Shown here: piece by piece, positions 53,036 to 64,000 of the stretch
How the letters are laid out: each line of letters starts with the position of its first letter
How positions within the stretch are numbered: the first letter of the stretch is position 1
Origin: Octopus sinensis
Taxonomy: Eukaryota
Assembly: GCF_006345805.1 (NCBI RefSeq)
Contig: NC_043011.1
Location: forward strand, 62,880,464-62,944,463
Direction: 5' to 3'
DNA length: 64,000 nucleotides
Translations under genes and position numbers: made by a program
Notes under the pieces: generated by a model
Told to the model about the DNA's origin: nothing
What the model saw: the letters and a program-made list of their open reading frames with translations, nothing else
The model's database searches: none

Positions 53036-54624
53036 AAAAATATATATTCTTGTGTATGTTATAATAAGTTTGAGCTTCAAATAAAAAGTGCTTCATACAC
53101 ATGGAATTTGTGGATCTTCGTCGTTAAACGAAGAGGATTTCCTCGTTCGATATATTGATTGACATGCTCAGTGAATTAACACATAAACGATTTATCTCTC
53201 GACCGATACTTGTACCGCTAATGTAATTCCCTGAACGAATGAACGAGACAACGTTTGTGATAAAATTTGTACTATCTAAATAACAGACACAGACCATCTT
53301 ACGGCTTTCTATACAGTTTCTATTTATCAAATTTCATTTACAAATTACGAGTCAACCCATATGTCCATTGTTTGTTATTAATGTCCATCAACGAAATTCC
53401 TCGTTGTCCACCTTAAAAGGAACAGTGTATTTGCCGCTGAATTATTTTCCCACACAAAACGCACTTGTGGGATGTCCCGGCACTGTTAGAATTATGACGA
53501 TAGAGTGTACGTTCGATTTTGTTTTTACACATTCGTTGTGTTTCTCTGCATACGAGGGGCCCATGCGTACTTTTTGGCAACTAGAAACATCTATAATCTC
53601 TAAAATAACTGTCAGTCTTACAGAAAGCACCCTCACCAGGATCGAACCTGACATCACCTCGATATGAACATTGTTTCCTAAAGACACAACCATTGCTGCA
53701 GAATATTTATAATACTTCATTAGCTCCATTTATAGTTATATAAACCTGCAGAGCCGAGTAAATAGAAAGATCGAGGCAGTGCTAAATATCGGTATCTAAG
53801 AGGTTAGAAACCTTTTCTATGACAATCTCACACCGTCGCCAAACTTCCCTGAAATACAGGAACGATGAAAACAAAGAAATGCAATACGAAAAAGGAAAGA
53901 AAAAGAAGGAATTTCACAAAGCAAAACCGAAAAAAATAAACGAAACAACCAAAGAGGAAGCAAATACAAAATTCAATTTTCAATGAAATCTTTACCACAG
54001 AAAAAGGTTTGAATAAATTTTCTATATGTCTATTATTCCTAGAGTGAATATTTCTTTAAATACAGCTGTTACAATGAAGCGATTGTTAATGTTCAATATT
54101 TGTTCTCCTCAAGTGTTTAAATACAATATATCTTAAAGCCTGCGTTAATACATTTACCGTTGCACTTTCTCTTTTCTTTAATTTTGTTTATGTTTTCGTT
54201 CTTTTTTTTTAAGGTATACGATAATCATTATTCCAATTATAATGTATAGAACAAACAATGTTGGTAATTTTCCAAACGTGAAATGAATTTGTATATTTCT
54301 ATTGTGTGAGTCTGTAATAGAATTCCTAAACTGTACAGATATACACTTGGAGGTAAGGAAGACAGAAAGGGAAAATAAGTATCAGAGGAAGACGAATTGA
54401 AAAAGAGCGGTGGAGATTAAGCTTTGGCATGTATGTATATCTGTGCTATGTATGCATGTATGTATGTATGCCACTGTTCAGTTGTTTCATTTGAAGAGTA
54501 CTTGCCAATAGAGAGACTGTTTCGAACCTAGATTCAAGCCTCCTTCATTGGAATTTCAACATCAACCACAATGTATATTTGTATGTATGTATACATGTAT
54601 GTATGTATGTATTCTTATGCATAT

Positions 54625-55000
54625 AGTTTCATATCTAGTCATGCTCATATATATTTAAATGCTAAACTTCTAGGAAGTTTTCCAGATTTTTACAGGTCCA
54701 GTGATGGATTGGATCTGTAGTCTTACAATTAGCTTTCCGTTTCTGGTTTTGGGAAGCCTAATTTCTCACGATTGATATCTAGGCAGTGTGTTACATATCC
54801 CAGGGCCCTAGTAATCGCAAGCATAAATCTCAACTCTTCAACGAGATAGAGTGACTGTAGGTTTCTCAATAGTTCAGCATAGGTGATCTGTATTTCATTG
54901 CTCTTCAGCTTTATGTTAAAACCCGCAGTGCAGATAATTTCCACAACATTGCCCAGTTTCTCAAATCATTATATTAGGTCAGTCGTGCAGCTGGACCTGT
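54625..55000 (-). mobile_element. 3' end of an RLE-type (R4/Dong-like) non-LTR retrotransposon
   Basis: HD*PNIMI..NVVEIICTAGFNIKLKSNEIQITYAELLRNLQ..RFMLAITRALGYV..LQIQSITGPVKI resembles the restriction-like endonuclease C-terminus (RPD..E..KY..L..GALG..LQ..GT). Confidence 0.7.
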
Positions 55001-55719
55001 GAAAAGGAAATTTTTTTATATAGGTAAACATGTATATTTTCAATAATCTTATTGATCTACATTAATGAATAAAATCTTCTACATGTTCCCCCCAATAACG
55101 ATGCCAAGAGGGATGAACTTTATAAGATTCACATTAAAATCTAACTCCGCGTTAGAACTTCAGCGCATTCTCTGATGATGCCTTCGTACAACTGGTCCAT
55201 TTGTGATTTTCATTAGGTATAATTTCTCGTTCAGAATAGCGGAGAAAAAGCAGACAAAAGGATCAATATCTGCTGCCCGCGGTACCCACCCCACACTGCA
55301 ACACATATATGTATATAAGTGTGTGTGTGTGTGTGTGTGTGCCTACGCGTGTGTATGTATGTGTGTGTATGTACTTCTACATATACCTGTGTGTGTGACG
55401 GACAAAGAGAATATTCGAGATTATGTGAATATGATTGTATAGTCTGTATTTAACACTCTGTCAGTGTACAGTTTCTTTCTACGGAGTGGCCCTGGTAGTG
55501 AATTTGCCAAACAAATGCTGTACACTGTTTTAGGACAGCAGACATATTTTGGTTTGCAATTGCGTTTTCTGGTACTGTACATATAGTATCTTGGCTCGAA
55601 TTTAGGTAGAAATCTACGTAGGAAATGTTAGGTGTATGAAAGTTGTATATGTAATTCTTTCCTAAGAATCGCACGTCGGAGATGAAGGTTTTGGTTTTAC
55701 TATTAAAATGTTGCACTTT

Positions 55720-55767
<48 letters not shown>

Positions 55768-56192
55768 TATATATGAGTTTCTATGGGGTGGATAAAACCA
55801 CGCGTAACTAATGCAACGAATTCTACATATCATACATACAGTTTTAAATAACACTTCTATGATAAATACTTCTGCCAACCAATATAATGCTGCACTTTAG
55901 ATATCTAGGTTTCCATTGATAGATATATTGGGAAGTAAATAATAACAGCAGACATTTTAAGAAATATTCCTCACGCATTAGTAACAGTTATGAGTTGCAG
56001 ACGGCCATTTGGCTACTAGCGGGACGCACATCAAATAAATTCCACGCTACAGGACCGAGAAGACGGCGATTGATTTTGTTTTTTCTCGAAAGATTTCCAG
56101 AGGAATGAGTCCTTACGCAGAAATATTGAAATACTAAGTACACTGTGAAACTGTTTCCGGTTTATAAATTGCATTGGTCTGGTTTCATATAA

Positions 56193-56231
<39 letters not shown>

Positions 56232-56489
56232 TGTGTGTGTGCGTCTGTGTGTGTGTCTGTGTGTGTGTCTGTGTGTGTGAGTGCCTTTGTGTCTGTGCGT
56301 CTCCGACCCTCCGTTTGGAAACTGGTATGGATTCGTTTATTTCACCATTCATAGAGATTCGGTAAAAAAGAATGATAGCATAAGTAAAAGACATTATAAA
56401 CGAGAGATGTGTTTGATTTGTTCGGCTAAAGGCATCAACATCGGCTTTATTGCTTAACCAACGTTGTTATGGCTGAAGAAGGAGAAATG

Positions 56490-56730
56490 TTCCGTTCTCA
56501 AGCCATGCCAGGCTCACAAAAGCCGGTTTCAGTGGCGTAGAAATTCCCCACCTGGACGGGACGCCGATCCGTGGAAGGATTACTCATTTCCGCCAGCTGA
56601 GTGGACTGGAGCAATGTGAAATGAAGTGTTTTGCTCAAGAACACAACGGATCGCCCGCTCCAGGAATGGAAACCACAAACTTACAACCGTGCGTCCCACA
56701 CCCTAACAAATAAACCACGCGCATCCACCT
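56490..56730 (-). mobile_element. tRNA-derived SINE related to family 3 but with a different 3' half
   Basis: Shares tgtgttcttgagcaa..tttcac.ttgctccag with 17561-17895, then continues ggcgtcccgtccagg..gaaaccggc. Confidence 0.75.
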
Positions 56731-56987
56731 CACGATTTTACTGTTATTACTGACAGAACGTCGCAGCATCTACCGGCGTATATTACGATAACATCTGTCT
56801 TGTGTTGGGGTTTGTAAGTTATAAGTTACTCCAAATGGCTTCTGTTTTCGGGCCAATATGCTGACAACAGGTACTCGAACACTCTTCTCTATTTTCATAA
56901 AGAACAGAAGTGTATATTGCGATGATCTAAATTGCGACTGGTTGCGTTTCTAGTTCACGATGTTTTACATTATTTCTTCCAACTCAA

Positions 56988-57365
56988 GGAGGCGAGCTGG
57001 CAGAAACGTTAACACGCCGGGCGAAATGCGTAGCCGTTACGTTCTGAGTTAAAATTCCGCCGAGGTCGACTTTGCTTTTCATCCTTTCGAGGTCGATAAA
57101 TTAAGTACCAGTTACGTACTGGGGTCGATATAATCCACTTAATCTGTTTGTCTGTCCTTGTTTGTCCTCTCTGTGTTTAACCCCTTGTGCGTAGTAAAGA
57201 AATATATATTTTATCTGTCTCCACGCTCTGAGTTCATATTCTACCGAGGGCTACTTCATCTTTAATCATTTCTGGGGTCGATAAACTTAGTGCCAGTTGC
57301 GTACTGGTTTCGATCTAATCGATTGGCCCTCTACTAACAAATTTCGGGCCTGGTGCCTAAAACAA
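56988..57365 (+). mobile_element. SINE family 1 dimer
   Basis: Head ggaggcgagctggcagaaacg with two core units, followed by (TATC)n. Confidence 0.85.
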
Positions 57366-57416
57366 AATTACAAAAAAAATATTTCTTTCAACTGATGAAC
57401 CTGTATGTATGTATCC

Positions 57417-57652
<236 letters not shown>

Positions 57653-57717
57653 AGCAAGCTATCAACTAATTTATTATCTAAATATAGATATCTACACACA
57701 CACACACATAAGCACGG

Positions 57718-57773
<56 letters not shown>

Positions 57774-57781
57774 TTGTATAC

Positions 57782-57817
<36 letters not shown>

Positions 57818-57867
57818 ATGTGATCCATCCGACTGACTTTCTCTTCTCTCACTCTCTCGCTTTCCCT

Positions 57868-57899
<32 letters not shown>

Positions 57900-60204
57900 C
57901 CTCTAATTGGTATTAATGGTATTATGCAGACATCTCATAAGGAAAATCGTTTCTCTGTTGGATTGATAACATTATGTAATTTTTTCATATTGCTTCCCTG
58001 CCTTTGAAGTTTTTATTTCTCCGCATGTAAACAACATCATCATTTCGCCATTCCATCCTAAACACTCGCACATTCAAACCCACATACAAAGCTTAAAAAA
58101 TCATTAACATGGAAGTGTCGGCGTTTGATGTGAACGGACGAAAGCATTACTGCAAATCGTTAGTAGCATTAAATGTCTGCTTGTTCTGGTTTTTCTGGCT
58201 TTCCTCACTAATAAAAATATGTTCGAAGCTGATGGGGTTTTGTAAAGTGCAAATAATCATACTTCTAAATTTATTGTGGGGGTCATGTAAATGGTGTTGA
58301 GATAAACCTACAGACGACATAATTCGTGAAGCATTAATTTTAATATCAGCTCATTGGGGTGTCGAAAATTATCTTTATTGAGGCTCTTCTCGCACTAATT
58401 TCAAATTCCATATGATCAACGTTGTATTTAATCTCCCAACGGAGTCAAAAACAGCAAATGCCAGCCAAGAAATAGAGACAACATTATCGATTAAATCTAC
58501 CCTTAAAAACTGCTGGTCTTCTACCTGAATTAATAGTAATTATGTATATTACAGATTCTTCGAAAATTGGACTGAATGGTTTGCCGTATAAAAAATAAGC
58601 AGAACTCGAACCAGTTTTCTAGAAAATGCTCTGCATGGTAATCGTACCACTCCTCAATACTAAATACAAGACCCGATTAATCGATCAATGTTATATTGAT
58701 TATAATTCAATCCTCCACCCTATATGTATCCATGCGCATTGTTGCCTTCTTTTTATCATCTGTAAAAGTTTAATGCGCTGTTTGAAATGTAATGCCTATA
58801 AAAATAACCTGTTGCGAAAAAAATATCTGAATATATGTCGATAATCACCAACGGTTACAATGAAAACCAATTATCATGAAATATTACAAAGGGTTAAATG
58901 TGCAACAGGGATTTTTATAGTAGTTATCAACTCAAGAGATCTGACGATAACTGAAGCGTGTCGTGATTTTACGTTCACTTGAAGCACATTATGTGACATC
59001 ATCCCGTAGAGAATGTGTGTGAGTGGATCCACTCAACTGAAGCACAGAATTATTCAGTTAGATTAGAGATTGATTACTCCGCTTTAAATTATCGATCTCT
59101 CAAAGATTGATTGCGAACCGTTGCAGAGAATTGTGTGAAAAACATATTTCCCGCCCCTTTCTATACATAAGCGATGCGTATTTATATATTTTTCCAACTT
59201 CTCCACTATTTATCAACCCATGATGAGTGAAATTGATATGGTACAAACGTAACAGATCAATGATCTAAATGAATTTTTCAAAAGTTTCTCAAACTCAATT
59301 ATCTAGAACTAAAAAATTTCAATAATATATAAGGAAGACATATTCACCATAACCTCTATAGGAAAATGGGTTTCATAAAGCACACCTCTGTTCAAATTGG
59401 TTAGATATTGGCTTCAAAGTTTGGCACAAAGCAAGGAGAGGAGAGAATAATTAGATTACATCGAAGCCAGCACTCAGCTGGTACTTATTTTATCGACCTC
59501 AAAAGGATGAATTGAAAAGTCTACCTCGGCAGAATTTGAATTCAGAATCTAATGGCAGTCGAAATGCTGCTAAGCAATTTTCTTCTGGCGCTGTAACGAT
59601 TCTGCAATCTCACCGTCTTAAACAGACTTCAGCGATATAGAATTCATGTCGGGTGAGAATAGATTCCATTCAAGGGAGTGTCATAACATTGTAACATCTA
59701 TGGGGTTACATTTTGCTACTCTCTTTGAATAAGTAGATCAATAATTCTTTGTAATTTTGGAACAATGAGGTCAGCAATATTAAGGGGAAGTAGAAATCAA
59801 TTTCATCCATTTTTGTACTCACCCAAATCATACATGCGTTCCTTAAAACTCACTAAAATGTCTAACTACTTCATAGAGCCACAGGAAACATTATTCAAGA
59901 CGAAGTATTTAATAAGTTCCTGTCAGCACGGTTATTATCTGTTACAAATATCATTTCTTTAACAATGTAGGTCAGTGTGTCGTCTCGGTGACTGGGGCTT
60001 TGGCTCGTAGCAATTTTCGCTAAATGAAAATATTTTAGTACAATTTGCAGAATATTTCTAAGAGAGGCCTTTATATTACAGAAAATTACTTTATAAAGTA
60101 TTTAAATATATAACACAATCTATTTGAGTGATTTCACTACAGGCATTTTAGGTGCATACATAAACAGATACTCTCCTTTATTTACACATATACTTCTAGG
60201 TCTG

Positions 60205-60302
<98 letters not shown>

Positions 60303-60312
60303 CGTCTGTCTT

Positions 60313-60377
<65 letters not shown>

Positions 60378-60436
60378 ATATCTATCTATCTATCTATCTA
60401 TCCGCCTTTCTGTTTGTCTGTCTGCCAGTGTCTCCC

Positions 60437-60470
<34 letters not shown>

Positions 60471-60561
60471 CTCGTGTGTATATATATGAATGTATGTATT
60501 ATGTATGCATATATATGTATATATATATATATATATAATATATATATATATATAATATATA

Positions 60562-60592
<31 letters not shown>

Positions 60593-61189
60593 GGGAGAAT
60601 TCACAGAAAAACAAATGACGAAGACAAGTGGTGTAGACAACAAATAGATGTATTAGTTTAATGCTCGGGAAGTGAAAAAGTTTATATATATATTATTTCT
60701 AGAAAACATCCCTCTATTTACATAATATCTAGCTCACATTCATTCATTTCACGTCAAATTATTAGTATTAACATATATATATATATCGGTTTTGTATTTA
60801 GGTGGCAAGATCCTTTAAGTGAATTTTTGTGTTGAAGGATATTTTATTGTGTCTGAGGAGATTCATTCTGTTTACATGCATTATTAATGAACACAGTCAC
60901 CGGTTCGCTTTCCACTCATTTACTTTGTTATCTTCCTAAAATTTTCGTTGCTTCTTGCCACCTCTTTAATACTCTTTAAATATGTCCGTTATCGGAGCTG
61001 CATTAGTTTTGTTTGTTTCCTTGTGTGCATGTGTATGCGTCAGTTGCTCATGTATACACATGTATGTATTTATGCATGTAGACAGGTAGGTAGCTAGGTA
61101 TGTACGTGTGTGTGTGCTTTTTGGTTTTTATTACCTATATACATATCTACCTATTTCTCTATCAGTAGTTTACTTACAAATCCATGTAC

Positions 61190-61223
<34 letters not shown>

Positions 61224-61289
61224 ATATATATACGTCTATATAACAGCCTACTAACAAATCTTCCTGTTTGTGTATTCTGTCGATATTGG

Positions 61290-62450
61290 GGTGTCACTAC
61301 CTTCTATATATATTTCCAATTTAGTACTGGGGATGTTTAATTTATAAGGACACACTTCTGTGTTTGTCTGAGCGTTGGGTTTTTCGAAGGCGTGGATAAA
61401 TTTCCGGATACCAAATCGACCCAGTATGACTCCACATTGAACTTTGGCATGTTGGTAGAGTATAAAGGACTGTTCGTTTATTCTCATGTTGTCTCATATG
61501 TCCATTTTATCCGTCCGCAATGCTTCTAGATATCTCAGCAATATGTAAGTCTCGTCCTTGTCTTTACAAGCAGTCTCTATGCACCTTATGTAGTAGACTA
61601 CATATCTAGATCTACAATTACTCCAAGGTTTAACCTTACATACTATGCAGTTGGTGCATGCGATATTCTTAAATGGGTACGTCCTACATCTGGCTATTCA
61701 AATGTTGAATTTGGCCTCCTTCAGAACTTTTCTAAATCTGCAGGCTGGTCCTACTTGGGTTGCGGCCCCTACAAATATAACTGTCGGCCTTGTGCCATGT
61801 GTTCACCTGGTTTGCTTTTTCAGAAAATCCCTGTGTCCTATTCCAGTCTTTATTTCTCTATCTAGTACTGCTACCACTGGTTTCATTACGTATAACTTCT
61901 TTCTAGCTTGCCAGTATACCCGACCCCTATCATTTTGGTCATATCCAGAGAACTGCATGGAGTGCATGGAGTTCTGTAAATGTTTCTTTGTTTCATACGG
62001 TTAGCATATGGAGGACACATTGTCTATTGTCCTAAATAAGTCTGCTATAATTATGTTGATTTTCATGTTGTTTGACAAAGCTGAGTTAGGAATTGTATGG
62101 GGCAGTCGAGACGGTTTAGGATCTGTCACAGGCCTTTTCTACTCACAGTCTCGAACACTTTTGTCAGATCGACTATTCTTGCATGAAGTGCTTTGTTTTG
62201 CACCCGGAAATTTTCTTAGAGCTGCCTGAGAATGAAACGCACATATGTTGTGCCCCTGCTGGTTCTGAAATCACATTATCTTTCTGGGAGAGGATTTTCG
62301 GCGATGGACAGAAGAGGTCTGTTGAGAAGTAATGTTACTCCTCCATATAGGTTTGTTGACATGCTCGCTAATCATTATGGTGGTTATAAATCTTTTGTAC
62401 CCCTACATACGACCTAAACTCCTGGTATCTTCCTAGCTCATTTAATGGTC
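61290..62450 (-). mobile_element. Old, degenerate Penelope-like element of another family
   Basis: Across frameshifts the minus strand reads SMQFSGYDQNDR..TVIFVGA..YPFKNIACTNCIVCKVKPWSNCRSRYVVYYIRCIETACKDKDETYI..EISRSI..SFILYQHAK. This is a PLE thumb/linker plus GIY-YIG. The 5' limit is uncertain. Confidence 0.7.
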
Positions 62451-64000
62451 ATTATAGCTTTGTTTGTTCTCTCACTCAAGGCCATCTTGGGCTGGACTCT
62501 AGTTGTATTCCCATTATGGTCAGATATCGTTGTATTGTTTGAAATTCTATGTATCCTCTGATGAAAACACTTCTCCGCCATGGTGAAATGTACTCATTCT
62601 TCAATAAATGCGTTAGAAATGGGCTGCAATGAACTGATATTTATCCACCGTCTATTATTTATTTATTTCCTCATAATACACAGAAAGAGATTTACTGTTA
62701 AGACTTAAATTTCCTCTATACATAACCTGAATATTTCATTAAAAGTACTGCAGTACCCATTGTATTTATTCCACTAAAGCTCACGTTTACGAGTTAATTG
62801 AACCCAACATGGAGCATAACATTTAATCACCTGATTCTCACCGGAACCTCACTTTTGTGTGTCTGTGTGTGGGGTGGGGTGGGGGTGGGGGTGGGGGGCT
62901 ATGTGTATACTGAGTCCCCCTGTTCGAAAATTTAAGGACACAGATATTGTGTTGTATAGCCAGCCCGAAACGACGTTTCCTGGGGCTAAACGACAGTAAC
63001 ATTTGTCCTATCCAAGACTGTCACATTACGTTCGCAAATAGACTTTACTCTAAAGTATTGTCACCGAATATCTCTCTTTGTGAGATTTAGAAATAATAGC
63101 GTTTATATATATATATATATATAGCGTTTATAAGAGTGCGAAAAAGACGTGTTCAAATGAAATTAAGACAGAGATAAAGAAACATTAATCTTAGAACAAA
63201 CATTAAAATCAAGCCAACGACTTTATATATAACACCATATGCCCGAACATTTGATCATATATAAATATTACCATGGTTCTTAAGCATATAAAATACACAT
63301 ACACACACACAAACACAGACACACATGTTGAATATTCTGCTCTGAAATTTTCAGATATTTAATATAGGTCGAAACTTCCGTAAATAATCTTAGCATCGCG
63401 TGTTTTCCTTCCCCATTACCCCATTACAGTGTTTTTGTAGTTGTGTAGTTGCTAATGATAAAAGCTCTCATCTTTTTTCATTAGTATACCGTTTTATTGC
63501 TAATAATGTCTCCACGTTTTGCACTATTTCCGCTGAACTGAGAACATCCATCACACTTTAAACAAGCAAAGAAAAACAGCGCATGATATTGGCCCCCCAA
63601 AACCTAACCTTTTACACCAAAATCAACTTGCTTCCGTTTTTATTTTCCTTTTTCTTATCTTTCATCAAGTCATTTATTTTATGTGTATTTAGTGTATGTG
63701 TTTTTACATCATGTTATTGTATTTCATTTTGTCCAACAATCTTTGTTAATTTTAGGTGTTTCATACCTTCTCCGTGTGAAATCTTGAATATGAGAATAGA
63801 ATATGTGTGTTTGGTGACACAGATTATATGTATATGAGGAACCGAGTTAGTAAATGTTTTTATTTTCATTTCACTAAATTTATCTAGCTTCTGTGTTTCT
63901 AGCACATATTTCGCCTTAATGTACTGATATATGAATAATATATGGCCTGAGTTAGTTTCACCAGCGATAATAATTAATTTTATTTTATCGCAATTTGACT

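Noticed and set aside
53551-53561. tacgaggggc, identical to the mariner TIR end
   Set aside because: Only 10 bp, with no partner TIR or transposase trace nearby.

Overview
AT-rich, microsatellite-dense eukaryotic DNA, intergenic or intronic. The SINE families and repeat landscape look like an octopus (coleoid cephalopod) genome; this is an inference from recalled repeat families. I cannot support any intact host protein-coding gene, and most ORF-track entries are microsatellite translations. Recognisable content is transposable elements: two mariner copies, a CR1-group LINE, an L1/Tx1-type LINE, the 3' end of an R4/Dong-like RLE LINE, at least five Penelope-like element (PLE) fragments, three non-autonomous Helitrons and many tRNA-derived SINEs. 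The main signal is more than ten type I hammerhead ribozyme (HHR) motifs read by eye. Some lie in PLE 3' ends. Most lie in several distinct non-coding, retrozyme-like elements, with monomers of about 357-577 bp where a period can be measured. These share one architecture: two ribozyme-sense arms diverge from a central junction, several have circularly permuted ends, and most are inserted in (TA)n. Several cores are variants (U3-A8 covariation, C4, U10.1-U11.1, helix II regions of 50-60 nt). Structures were folded manually, activity is untested, and boundaries are approximate.
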